From: Octopus vulgaris
Lineage: Eukaryota
Length of the DNA: 64,000 nucleotides
NCBI GenBank assembly: GCA_951406725.2
Contig: OX597824.1
Location: 76,508,001 to 76,572,000 of the forward strand
Reading direction: 5' to 3'
Below are positions 39,534 to 53,111 of the stretch, in pieces. The notes under the pieces were generated by a model. The model worked only from the letters and a program-made list of their open reading frames with translations. It was not told the DNA's origin and did no database searches. The position numbers and the translations under genes were made by a program. The stretch's first letter is position 1. Each line of letters opens with the position of its first letter.

Positions 39534-40086
39534 GCCCTGATGCAGTACCAGGCAGAGGCTCTCATGGCTTCTGATCTTAACTGATTGGGAGTGTTATCAT
39601 GTACATTGTTCTGTCTTGGTATAAAAGATGGGCTACAGCAAATATTCTGCTCAATACCACAGATTTGCTTGTCAGTTGTTTGACTTTAACCAGTTGAGCA
39701 TGTCACTTAGTGGCTGACGATATGTGCATCTCTGATCACGAACAGAAGTAGTGGGGAGCATCATAGCCATGTGTTGAGAGGGATTCTTTGGGGTTTGAAT
39801 AATTCACCTCTAGAGACATGGGTGGGTTTTTCAACATCCTTAAACAACCCTTATTCAGGGACCGTTTGAGCGGGATGGGCTACTCAACCTGAAGAAAATT
39901 CTAACTGGGCCCCACCTGCAAGGTCATGTGCAGTTTATCTAGATATGAGATCACCATGCCGCGCACATATGGTTGTGATGCATGTGCCTGGTATGCCCTT
40001 ATCAGACGGGTAGTCATGATGGGTATATTGGGCTTCGTATATTTTACCCCAGTGTCACTTTGATGGCATGAACTGCTCTCTCACTC
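39531..40086. mobile_element. ~555-bp non-coding element in (TAA)n, copy 2
   Basis: aatgccctgatgcagtaccag...ctgctctctcactc with (TAA)n on both sides. Confidence 0.8.
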
Positions 40087-40117
40087 AATAATAATAATAA
40101 TAATAATGATGATGATG

Positions 40118-40188
<71 letters not shown>

Positions 40189-40593
40189 CATTATTAAATC
40201 TCAGAACGAGATGTAACGATGAGACGATGATCTCCTGGGGCTAAAAAGCTACAGTAACACCCCTTTTGTGGTTAGCCATATTGAGATGGCTATTATACTT
40301 TACAATAATAATAATGTTAGCAATTAAATAATTATAATAAGTTAGCACAAAGTCAGCAATTTTAGGGAGAGGTGATAAATCGATTACATCGGCCCCAGTG
40401 CTCAACTGGTGCTTATGTTATCGACCTCGAAATGAGAAAAGACAAATTTCGACCACGATGGACTTAGAACTCCGAATGCCTAACAGTGCAGTAACAATAA
40501 CAACAATAAAAATCACTTAGTCAAACAAAGCAGCGAGATAGATCGAAATAGAGTAGAGGGAGACCTAGTTAAGAAATTAGAAGATGCTCTTAA

Positions 40594-40664
<71 letters not shown>

Positions 40665-40727
40665 CATACATACATACATACATATATATATCGAAGTCGA
40701 TGTGTGTAGGTGAAAGTGTGGGGAATA

Positions 40728-40875
40728 TTCTATTCGACACTAGGCACAAGGCCCGAAATTTCGGGGTAGGGGGACAGTCGGTTACACCGACCCCAGTACA
40801 CAACTGGTACTTAATTTATCGATCCCGAAAGGATGAAAGGCAAAGACGACCTTGGCGGAATTTGAACTCAGAACG
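40728..40875 (-). mobile_element. SINE family B, partial
   Basis: taggcacaaggcccgaaattt...ggcggaatttgaactcagaacg. Confidence 0.8.
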
Positions 40876-41359
40876 TGTGGAGAATATTGACACATTTACA
40901 ATAGTGCCGGTAAGTCTTTGCAATCAAGTGATTCGCAGCTGTGTCACATGGCCCATCACCTCTTCTATCACAGCTTCGGGCCAACCTTGTGTGTTAATCT
41001 TGTATTGGAAGTTAGCAAATAAGCATGTGTATGTACATTATGTGTGCATGTACATATGTATGCTGTAATTAGATGTATGTATGTGTGTAAATATATTTGT
41101 ACGTGTACGTATCTCTGTGTGTGTGTATGTGTGTCTGTGTATCTGTTTATGTGTGTTTGCGTGCATAAATGTATATGCACATACATATCTGCACACAATT
41201 GCATTACATATATATATATATATATATATATAAATGCAAACACAAATGTTCGAACACGTTCACATAGTCAACCATGTGTTTGTTCCATTATGTTCACAAA
41301 CACACCAGACGCGTAAAAGTGAACACCCTTTAGCAAGAAGCCGTATGTTGCACATTTCG

Positions 41360-41473
41360 CCACCACCACCACAACTACCACCGCCACCACCACCACCACC
41401 ACCACCACCACCACCACCACAACCACAACCACCACCACCACCATCATCATCTTCATCATCATCATCATCATCG

Positions 41474-41549
<76 letters not shown>

Positions 41550-41633
41550 CTCTATCATTGTTATTATTGAGAGCAGCGCATGCTATCAAACTGAGACTGG
41601 GGTGTTAATAGTCATTATTAATATTATTATTAA

Positions 41634-41669
<36 letters not shown>

Positions 41670-41741
41670 CATTTTCATTATTATTATTATTATTATTATT
41701 CATTATTATTATTATTATTATTACTATTACTATTACTATTA

Positions 41742-41796
<55 letters not shown>

Positions 41797-41875
41797 TACT
41801 ACTATTACTATTATTATTATTATTATTATTATTATTGTTGTTGTTGTTGTTGTTGTTATTATTATTATTATTATT
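41360..41875. repeat. Compound trinucleotide tracts (CCA)n, (TCA)n, (TTA)n, (TTG)n
   Basis: Read directly. Confidence 0.95.
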
Positions 41876-42230
41876 TACTTTATTTTGGAGCTTTTTGTAT
41901 TGGTTAACTTATGAAACTTCCTTTACTTTTTCTACACTAACATAAACAGATTATGTTCAATATTCACTTAGCTATATACTGCGGTTATTCACCAGATTAT
42001 TCTATATTTGTTAAGGTGCTAATGGTCGAACCAAGTAAGCAAATGCCTACACACGCACACACACACACACACAGACACACACACACACACACACACACAG
42101 ACACACACACACACACATACATACACACAGACACTCACAAGCACACACACACACACACACAACCATACACATACAAGCACCACCTGCCCACTCACATTAA
42201 GATGTATATTTATGTTTATTTATTATATAT

Positions 42231-42603
42231 GTGGAGGTGCAATGGCCCAGTGGTTAGGGTAGCGGACTGGCGGTCATAGGATCGCGGTTTCAATTCCCAG
42301 ACCGGGCGCTGTGAGTGTTTATTGTGCGAAAACACTTAAAGCTCCATGAGGCTGCGGCAGGGGATGGTGGCGAACCCTGCTGTTCTTTTTCATCACAATT
42401 TTCTCTCACTCTTACTTCCTGTTTCTGTTGTGTCTGTAATTCAAAGGGCCAGCCTTATCACGCTGAATCTCCCCGAGAACTACGTTAAGAGTACACGTGT
42501 CTGTGGAGTGCTCAGCCACTTGCACGTTAATTTCACGAGCAGGATATTCCGTTGATCGGATCAACTGTAACCCTCGTTATCGTAAGCGACGGAGTGCCAA
42601 CAA
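42231..42603 (+). mobile_element. SINE family D, full length (tail type 2)
   Basis: Head tggcccagtggttagg..ggtttcaattccc; tail gacggagtgccaacaa. Confidence 0.88.
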
Positions 42604-44627
42604 TTATACATGTGTATTAATTCATATATGTATACCATGTATCAGTCTGTCTGTGTATCTATCCTTATTTACATATAAGAAAAAGGGAAGTAGAAACAAA
42701 GGTCCTTCCCGAGCCATAAGTTCAAAGAATGGGTTTCCTAGAATCTTCGGTTTCTGCATTCAACACCTGCACGTCACGCCGGTTCGTCGCAAGATTACAC
42801 ACATTTACCAATATATTTACAAATATATATATATATATATATATATATGCATGTATATATGTATTAGGCAAGAACCCACCTATTGATATATACATTTACA
42901 CATACAGACACATGTGTTATGTTGAAAATAAACTGTGTGTGTATGTACATATGTCATGAGTGATAAATAAATACGCACATGTACGTGTGTGTGCATGTTT
43001 TGATATCCAGAGGAAAGATTTTTCGAGCTGTAAATAACTCTACGTCTGCGCGCGTCTCTCACACTGTATATATATATATATACATAAATACATACCCAGC
43101 ACTCACCTACGCATATAAAATCGTACATTTAAAGACTTACGTGTATCATATTGAAAATAGAACCATGTTGGGGTTTAATCCTCTGTTTGTTTGTTTTTTC
43201 TCTTTTTTTTTATTAACGATTCTTCATATTTCCTTAATAGTTGTTTATGGCTTGTTTCGAACAACAACTTTCACAATTCCATTAACTCCATTAATGGTTC
43301 TAGAACTTCTCTACCTGATCCTCTCAAGACACGCCGTTGCCACACTGCTGTATTAGACTGCAAAGGAAAGATGTTGATGTTATAACAGATAAAATCATCA
43401 CCACTGCTATTACGATTGTTTAGCGGTTATCTCCGGGGTACTTTCGTAGTTTATTTTAAGTGTTTTACATCTATTTTAGAATTACCTTGTATTTTTCTAC
43501 CAATAAAACGTCCACAATTTAGCTTCTATACGTTTATTTTTTAAGGAATCCAATGTACGATTCTGGTGTTATCTACTAATGCTTTGCTTAGTTTTTCTAT
43601 CTAGTTTTGCTTCCTGCTCTGTATTACATAACGTGTAATAATGGTTCTTTGTAAATACATCGCTATAGTGATATTATAATAAAGACCGCGGAACAGGACT
43701 TGATAGAAAAAAAATACTGTTCGCTGATATCATTAACCATCTTATATAGAATTTATGCAAACAAAAAAAAAAAAAAAAAACAGAAAAAAGAAAAACAGTA
43801 AGGGAGAAGATTAGCTATGGAAGTTTTATTAAGAGCAAAATACAATCTGAAAATTTGTGTGGATGGGTACCCGTAAAATAAATGAAACCTGAAATAAACC
43901 GGTACTAAGGGTCTACATCGAACGCGGATGCCCATGTATCTTCGCATAAATGTGGAGATTGGCGCAATGTCTATTTTGTGGAAGATGACGATGATGATGA
44001 TGATGATGATGATGATGACGGCAAAGAAGACGACATCACGATGACATGACGACGACAACAATGATGATGACGACGATTATAAATTCGATGACATGGATGA
44101 TAATGGTGATGATGATGACGACGATGACGACGTGATAAGGATTATTGTGATGATCATGGAGATGCTTATGATAATGATGATGGTGGTGGAGGTGGGGATA
44201 ATGATGATGAAGCAGACCTGTGATGATAAACATTCTAGTCGTGATCATCTTGTCGGTTTTTATATTTTGTTTTAAACCTTTTCATACAAATCTCCACCCT
44301 CTAGGCCAACATTGTTGCTCATGGGAATGGTTTTTCGTCAAAGGACGAGCTTGGCACCAATGCCGTCGCGAGGCTGCTGACGTCAGACCGCAAATATGCT
44401 GGATTAGATAGCACAAGGTATTTTATCCGATTCTCTAACAGTTCTGCCAACCACATCCCCTAAAAAAACAAAATCAAAAAAGAAACGTGTAAACCGCGGT
44501 CGAATTTGGACTCAGGCCACAGAGAGCCGAAATATGTACCACAAGGCATTTTGTTCGATTCTATAACAGTTCCACGATTTTCACAGACCTAGAAGCATAC
44601 ATCTATTTATCAATCTCGGAAAATATA

Positions 44628-45223
44628 CATGGTGCGGTGAATAAACTGTCGTCTAAATTACGCAAAAATGAATATAACACTGACATCTCATTTTAATAGA
44701 TATATTTACCAAAATTGTGGAGGCACATAGCCTAGTGGTTAGAGCAGCAGACTCGTGGTCGAGGCATCGCGGGTTCGAATCTCAGACCGGGTGAAGTGTG
44801 TGTTTATGAGCGAAACACCTTAGCTCCACGCGGCTCCAGCAGAAGGTAATGGCGAACTTCTGTTGACTCTTTCGTCACGACTTTCTCTCAATCTTTCCTC
44901 CTGCAACTAGCAGCTCACCTGTAACGGACCGGTGTCCCGTCCTGGTGGGAAACCTATACGGCAAGGAACCCGGGAAACCGGCCCTTATGAGCCAGGCGTG
45001 GCTCGAGAAGGGACAAACAAATCAAACAATCAAAATTACATATAAATATCTTGAAATACCTGAGTAAATTTCTTCAATAAAATCGGCATTGGCCTCAACC
45101 ATGGCCTCCAGATAACTTCGGAATCTCCTGCAACTCTTCTGGGCGGCCTCCTTGTTTAAGTTGGTGTGTGCTGCCATAATCCTTGCCTTCAGTCCATGGC
45201 GATAATTTAATCATCGCTCCCTG
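44628..45223 (-). mobile_element. Internally deleted maT/DD37D-like Tc1-mariner element containing a SINE
   Basis: Imperfect TIRs catggtgcggtgaataaa / ttaatcatcgctccctg; LKARIMAA..NLNKE..QKSCRRFRSYLEAMVEANADFIE. Confidence 0.7.
44717..45030 (+). mobile_element. SINE family D (tail type 3) with 7-bp TSD caaaatt
   Basis: Head gcctagtggttagagc..ggttcgaatctc; caaaatt at 44710-44716 and 45031-45037. Confidence 0.85.
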
Positions 45224-45235
45224 TGTTTGTGTGTT

Positions 45236-45315
<80 letters not shown>

Positions 45316-45829
45316 TTTACTTCACCTTAAGTCGTTAATTGGTTCCAGGAGACACGATATAAGTCAAATTGTTCGTCTATAGGTTAGGCTAGGCCTGGCC
45401 TAGCCTACCCTAAACTGCTAAAAAACATTCTCCAGGGCTGTACTTTATTTATGAATACATTTTCGATAAGACATGGTTAATAAAATCCTATTTAAGTTTA
45501 CAAACAAATATATCTATTATTTTGTAATAAAGTAAAAAAAAAAAGTATTTTAGATTTACCAATACGCTCAATTTAGTGATGTCTACATCGCTAATAGCCA
45601 TTTTTCCGTGCTGTGCTGTACTGTACTTTATGAATGCATTTTCAATAAGACACGGTTAATAAAAGACTATTTTAAGCTTGCAAACAAATAATAATTATTT
45701 TGTAAAACCATAAAAGGAATCCCTTTCTCTGTATAATATGTTTCTGCTGCTGGGATAAAATGATTAAAGAACTAATCTTACAAAATAACAACAGTAACCC
45801 ACGCTTTTGAATTAGCCATCCATATAATA

Positions 45830-46560
45830 GGAAGAGATGCTTTGGGTATATTCGTCAGGGCATTAACTTAAACTCTCCTGCACACTTACATTCTAATATT
45901 ATGGTCACACGTTCTTTTGAGACCTTGTAGCCTGGAATTGTTTCTTCCTCCGTGAAATAAATTAGCGATCTGGCAATTGCTTACAATATAATCCAGTGTC
46001 ATCTATGTTGAATATTTTCTCGGGAAGAAACCTGTTTTCTTCGCTGATCTTCTTCAATGTCGCGGAAAATTCCGCTGCTGCCTCAGTTGATGCGCTTTCA
46101 CCTTGTTTCTTAAGGAAGCGATAATTTCTTCGGTTTTTAAATCTCCTAAAACCATCCTTGACTTGCCTTGAACTCTACATTTTTCACATCTGGTTACTTT
46201 TTTTTTCAGGTCTTCAAACAAAGACAATGCATTCTCCTGAACGATTTCTTGACTAAGAGTAGCATTCTGACGATTCTGCCTATCAATCCAAATAGATAGA
46301 AGACTTTCTATTTCTTCAAAGATTTTGCCACTTTTCTTGTTGATGACAGTATTTTTCATCCCTGGGGCTTCAGATATGATATTTATTAAAACCTTGCCCT
46401 TATTATCCACAATCATCGATACAGTTGTCCGACTTACCCTGAAAGATCGTGCAACCGCTACAATTTTTCACCTTTATCATGACGTTTTATTATCGCCAAC
46501 ATATCCTCCAGCCTTATAGCATAACGCTTAACACTTTCACCAGGGCTTTTCTTAGGCGTC
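45830..46560 (-). pseudogene. pogo/Tigger-like transposase fragment
   Basis: CENP-B-type HTH ESLLSIWID..LS..IVQENALSLF, FKASQGWF, IFNIDDTGL, PGYKVSKERVT. Confidence 0.8.
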
Positions 46561-46787
46561 ATGGAGGCAAAAATTAAAGTTACAAATGAATGTAAATTAG
46601 CGAATCTAAACGATAAACAAATGTAAACAAATCTAAATTCAAAACGATCGCGGGAATCACGATGACGCCTAACGGTAGATATTGGAACTACCAGTGCAAT
46701 ATGAGCTCAGAAGACAGATAAATAAGACAACACAGCTGATTTCATGCTTTAGTGAACTAGGCTACACTACTTTGAAAAACACTACCT

Positions 46788-46817
46788 TAAAAAGCGGCGG
46801 GAACTTAGTTACCAACC

Positions 46818-46820
<3 letters not shown>
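46788..46820. mobile_element. Solo mariner TIR of the 53112-54322 family
   Basis: ggcgggaacttagttaccaaccgaa-TA versus ggcggaaacttagttgccaacccaa-TA. Confidence 0.6.
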
Positions 46821-46878
<58 letters not shown>

Positions 46879-47206
46879 AGGTCATCCCATAAGCTCTGTC
46901 CGAATTTTGAATAAAGAAAACAAGCTGAAATTTACACTTCTGAATTTTGCATACCGTCTTCTGCAAGTTCTTTCATTCAAGCATTCTTTCCCATAAATTG
47001 AATGTATGTTTCAAGTCGCTTCAGCAGCAGAGTCTCCTTTTTTGTACTCATAAAGCAATTATGTGTTTCAAATGCTCTTTGGATACTTCCATGTTAGAAA
47101 GGGTTTTAATCAAAAAATATAATTCTATTATTTTGTAAAATAATACTTAATTAGTTTAAATGTACACAAATTCTAAAATACTATTTAAATTTCATTCAAT
47201 TTTAAA

Positions 47207-47303
<97 letters not shown>

Positions 47304-47304
<1 letters not shown>

Positions 47305-47432
47305 CTGTGGAAGAGTGTAGGCACGAAACGTTAAAGTCTTTTTCACTTCCCGAGCGTTATACTAATACATCTATTTGTTGTTTACACCACCTGCCTTCGT
47401 CTTTTTTCGTTTTTTTTTTGTGAATTCTCCCT
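47304..47432 (+). mobile_element. Penelope-like pLTR remnant in (TA)n with degenerate hammerhead
   Basis: Homolog of 12075-12204; ctgtggaagagtgtaggcacgaaacgtt. Confidence 0.6.
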
Positions 47433-47925
47433 ATATATATATAAATATGTATAAAGACGTTGCTTACCGTGAAATTTGAACTCAGAGTGCAGACAGCCAG
47501 AACAGATACCGGCGTGTATTCTGTCCGATTCTCTAATATTTTCGCAAATCAACGGACTTCTACAGCAGCAGACATTTAAAAAATTTTTTATCGATCTCCG
47601 AAAATATTGATGTTGGCAGAACTTGAACTCAATGCTCATAGAGCCAGAACAAACATTAAAATATGGCGAACGACGCTCTAACGACTTTGCCTATTGCACC
47701 ATCTCAAAATATGAATAAATAACTGTGAATTTTCTATTAAGCAATCTAAAAAGAGGAATATGTGTAGCAAGTCTTACAATACAGTCCATTTGTTGTATAT
47801 TAAGCTTACTGGCGACATGAATTCTAAAGATGAAAAATTAGAACCTCGGAAAACGAAAGTAGAAAAGAAAATCAAAATATATGCTTATATATATATATAT
47901 GTACATATACATACATACATACATG

Positions 47926-47971
<46 letters not shown>

Positions 47972-47975
47972 AATA

Positions 47976-48007
<32 letters not shown>

Positions 48008-48082
48008 CGTATATATATGCGTGTGTGTATATATATGTATACATATGTGTATGTATATATTCATATATATATATGTATATGT

Positions 48083-48152
<70 letters not shown>

Positions 48153-48699
48153 ATATGTAAATGTACTTACACACACAACACACACATGCAACACACACAT
48201 AGACAAATACACACACACACATGCAACACACACACACACATGCAACACACACACACATTTATATACACATGTACGAATAAGAACGTAAAATATTCAATGG
48301 GTTTTTAATAAAAGCAGCTTGAATATCTGTCTTTGAGAGAGTTGAATTCTTGTTTCAGGAAATCAATTGCACCGGAGTACGGGGGGTGAGGGGAAGCGTA
48401 TGCGTGTGGTTGAGGTTGGGTGTATGTGTGTGCGTAGGCGTGCGTGTCTCTCTGTTTGTCTGTGTGCCATGTGTGTATAAGTGTGCGTGCGTGTGTCGTG
48501 TTTAATAGCGTGATGGGTAAGGGGGAGGAAGTGTAGATTTCTTGTCCACTCTTTGCAATGTCGTCGCCTGCTAGCAGGAATGCATTTGGAGATGGAACAT
48601 AGACATTTACAATAGACATATTCTTCAGCATTTTTCTCTTTGTTTTTAATTTTTTTGTTGTTGTTTTGAAATCGAAACTTAGATTATTATTCTGGTTGA

Positions 48700-48887
48700 C
48701 GTCGATGATGAAAATGAAGATGATGATGATGATGATGATGAGGATGATGAGGATGAAGTCGGTGATGACGACGACGGTGATGATGACAACGATGATGACG
48801 ACACTGACTATGATGACGACGATGTCGTAGTTGATGATGGTGAAGATGATGATGATGACGATGACGACGATGATGATGATGATGATA

Positions 48888-48918
<31 letters not shown>

Positions 48919-49146
48919 CGATGATGATGATAATGATGATGATGATGATGATGATAATGATGATGACGACGACGATGATGATGGTGATGATGATGATGAT
49001 GACGATGATGATGATGATGAGGATGATGATGACGATGATGATGATGACGATGATGATGGAAATACTGATGACGGTGGTGGAGATGATGATGAAGATAGTG
49101 GTGGTGGTTTTGATGGTGATGTTGATGATTATGATGATAATGATGG
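48700..49146. repeat. Degenerate (GAT)n tract
   Basis: Read directly. Confidence 0.95.
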
Positions 49147-49602
49147 TGTACTGTAGGTACTGAAGGTCATCTTTGATGGAGCAGCAATATGACAGACCTT
49201 TTCGTCGTGATCAACTAGTCTGTTTTTGTTGTTGTTTTCCAAAAATAAGTTTGTTCTGTATTTCTCATAAATGATGTAATCTGCATTTCCTGTCAGGTGA
49301 CAGAGTATGAAGTAAGAAAAATTTCGCCGTTGTGACAAACGCGTAAACATCGAAAGGTAGGTTTCTTCTAAGATATTATTACTAGTTCGTTGTACAATGT
49401 GCGTATTTTATACTCACTCACACATACATATGTGTGTGTATATGTATGTTTGTATGTATGCATATGTATATGCGTGTGTATATAATGTGTGAGTATGTAT
49501 ATATATATATATATATATGTTTGTGTGCATATATATATATATGTATATATATGTATATATATATATATATATATGTGTATGTATATATATGTATGTATGT
49601 AT

Positions 49603-49646
<44 letters not shown>

Positions 49647-50381
49647 AAGCTATATGGGCGCAGGAGTGGATGTGTGGTAAGTAGCTTGCTTACCAAGTAG
49701 CCTGCATACTTCCCATGAGTCTTTGGTGTCAGTGTGCGCATGCGTCATTGTGTTGTGCACTGAAGAAGATAGTTGGCTGTGTTTAGCCTGTCAAAAGAAG
49801 CTGCTGCAAGGTAAAACCTTTCTCTTGGACCCAGTGAGGGTCTTTGTCTGTGCTTATATGTTTTACAAACAGGAAATCCTCACTGAATTCAGGATGTTGG
49901 TCTACTAGTGGCTCAGCAACATGATCCATAGTAAATGAAAATTTTTTTCTCATTGTCTGATGGGCGTATCCTTCAAATACATTTTAACAGTGTATGCTTT
50001 TATAACAACAACATTTACCAGTATTGGAAAACTGTATTTCAAGTGATCACATGAAGTGAAATTTTCTTTTCATTGTGAGAAATATAGTTTGGTGACTATC
50101 CTGCCACCGAAAGTCGTTCGCTGTTTGTAAATAGTGTATATTTTACAGCTACGTTGGAAAGCTGTACTCAAGTGGAGCAGTCCAGGTTCTAATTGGAGTA
50201 CCATATTGGCTTGGAGTACATGAATGCCTAGAAGATTTTTTTTTTTGCTGTATTTTTTTGAACTATTGTTTTCTTCTATTGTGACTATTTTATTGAATTG
50301 TTTGCTTTTTATTTCTTTATTCTTCCCCTTTGTTTTCTTTTGAATTCTCTCTCTCCTTTTTTTGTGAACTATTGCTTTGGA

Positions 50382-50995
50382 CATGGCAAAAAAATACGTA
50401 TAAGATTGTAGTGTGGGAGATTGTCCCACCGAAGCAGCGGTTAAAAGATATAGAGGAGAAGACGGTGGTGGTTAGAACTTATTCTAAAGTTCTTGATACC
50501 CTCACCGTCTTCACAAAACCAGTTATAGAAAATGAACTGAATGACTATTTGTCCTCTGTGAAATACATATCCCGCGGTGTCAAACATGTAACCATATCGT
50601 TGCTGTTTGACACGCCGGAGTAGGCTCGCAATTTCGCGAGGCAACCCTTGGAGGGCAGCGAAATTCTGTTCCTCCCGTAGTACTACGGGAGGAAATTAAT
50701 AAGAGCCTGGGTATGTGGGTTACACCCAGGCACCGAGGCGGGTTGAGTTGAAGATACCTCCCGACGGGGACTGGGGACCAGGCTCTTAAATGTAAGAGTA
50801 TTGCTAGCGGTCGATTGGGAAGTGTCAAAAGCGATTTTGACCCTGTGTACCCCATCGGCCGCAACAGATCTGGTTTTTCCAGATTTTTTTTTTTTTAATG
50901 GCTGGCTGCAGGTATCCGGTGATACTTGAGGGACGTGTCCCCGAGTGTTACTCGTGCCTGCAGCCAGGCCACATTAAAAAGAACTGCCCCAGGGA
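50382..50995 (+). pseudogene. LINE ORF1-like (L1/Tx1-type) relic with zinc knuckle
   Basis: VILEGRVPECYSCLQPGHIKKNCP (CX2CX4HX4C); in-frame stops upstream; homolog at 18540-18845. Confidence 0.7.
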
Positions 50996-51004
50996 CCTAC
51001 TTAA

Positions 51005-51078
<74 letters not shown>

Positions 51079-51105
51079 AAACTCAAGCACACACACACAC
51101 ACAGA

Positions 51106-51142
<37 letters not shown>

Positions 51143-51300
51143 TCCACAATGTGTTTTTTTAAGGTAATAGGTTGTAATATTTGAGAGTAGGATATTTGGT
51201 TGCTATTTCTAGCAGAATTGACCGCTCACATTGTGTAGCATTTTGATGTTTGGTTGAAACATACTTTTCTGCATTGCGGAATATACATATACACATACAT

Positions 51301-51360
<60 letters not shown>

Positions 51361-52562
51361 TTGTGTATTCAGTTGGCTAGCTAACTACTGTATTAATTGA
51401 CTATTGATTAATTCGTTTGGCTTGCAACGATTAATTCATTTCTTGTTTTGTATATGTAAAAAATAAACACACAACATGACGATGATGAATTAAAATTAAG
51501 AGATATCTATGCATAGAACAAAAACAACAACAACGTTGGCTATAAAATAAAAACAACAAAAACAACTATGGCGACCATAAAATTAGCGACATCAAAACAT
51601 TGAAAGCGGCATTAACGACAAGAACAACCAGAAAAAAATATAATTTGCAATACATTAGAAGAGATAGCTTGATAAAATATTCAAAATATAAGGATTGATA
51701 CAAGAAATCTAACTATAAGTAATTCCTAATTAACCTTCTGAAAATATGCGTTACATAATTATTTGAGTAATCTTCCTTTTTTTGAGCGCCTAAAAGTCGT
51801 GATTGAGTCTTAGGGGCATCGATGTGACATACAGCATGTTTAGGTTATTTAAATCCATCCCTCTCTATGTCTGAATATAGTCGAGTTTTTCTAGAGGGAA
51901 AGGAAAGACAATCGGCTCCTATACTGGATTAATATATTATTTTAATAATCGACCTTAAAAGTTTGAAGTGTATTGCTTACCACAGTACGATTTGAATGAA
52001 TACTGCGACGCATTCTATCTGAAGTTTTAAAAACTCTGCCAACTCATCGCATTGTTAATGTAAACAGCCAATGTGGTATGGAAAGATAAGGGAATAAAGA
52101 CTGATATAATTAGACAGTGTAGTACAAAAACAGAACTGTGCCGAGAGATTGAAGCAGCATATGGAAATCAAACCAAATCAATAGAAAACTGGAAAATGAT
52201 AACGCAAGTACAGCTGCTAGAAAAAATCTTTATCAAAGGACAGTCAGCAGAAATATGATGGTACCGTTTTGACCAGAAGAGTAAAAAAGGAGGCCTTACA
52301 TACTGAGTGGAAGTAAGATGGTGATGTGATGCAATGGCATTCATTTTTTCGTGGAAGATTCAAATGGTAAATGTAAATATGAGAAAACCAAATCTAAAAA
52401 GCGAATGGTGCAGATATGCGTCGTCAAGATCGGTATTATTTAGAAAAATCGAAAGAAAAGAAAGACATAGTGAAGTCAAATTGTGGTGAGTGGAATATCC
52501 AGCGTTAAGAGTCCTTCCTCGGAGTAAAGTTGGCCGGAGGGAAATAAAAGAAAGATATCTAT

Positions 52563-52617
<55 letters not shown>

Positions 52618-52624
52618 TAATATC

Positions 52625-52968
52625 AGGCGTGGCTGTGTGGTAACAAGCTTCCTTCTCCAGCACATGCTTCTGGATTCTGGGCAAGTGTCTTCTAGTATAG
52701 TCTGAGCTCCATGAAAACTTTTAGGTAAATTTGGTAGACGGAAACTGAAAGAAGCCTGTTGTGTGTGTGCGTGTGTTTGTTTCTGTCTTTGTTCCCCACG
52801 ACAGCTTGACAACCGCTGCTGGTGTGTTTACCTCACCTAACTTAATGAGACCGGTAGTATGAGGCTTTAAAAAAACAGGTAGTGGGGTCGATGCTTTTGA
52901 TTAAAAATTCTTCAAGGCGGTGCCCCAGTATGGCCTCAGTGTAATGACTGAAACAAAGTATAAGATAA
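52625..52968 (+). mobile_element. SINE family A, diverged
   Basis: aggcgtggctgtgtggtaa..tgactgaaacaaag. Confidence 0.8.
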
Positions 52969-52983
52969 AAAACAAAAGTCACA

Positions 52984-53045
<62 letters not shown>

Positions 53046-53111
53046 TACATATGTATATATATATATACACATACATACATATATACATACATATATATAT
53101 ATATATATATA

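Noticed and set aside
41234-41608. Pro/Ser-rich protein ORF
   Set aside because: Made of (CCA)n and (TCA)n tracts, with no domain or splice support
48305-49350. Minus-strand ORFs 48305-48631 and 49129-49350 as host exons
   Set aside because: No recognisable domain and interrupted by simple repeats; cannot be excluded without RNA-seq
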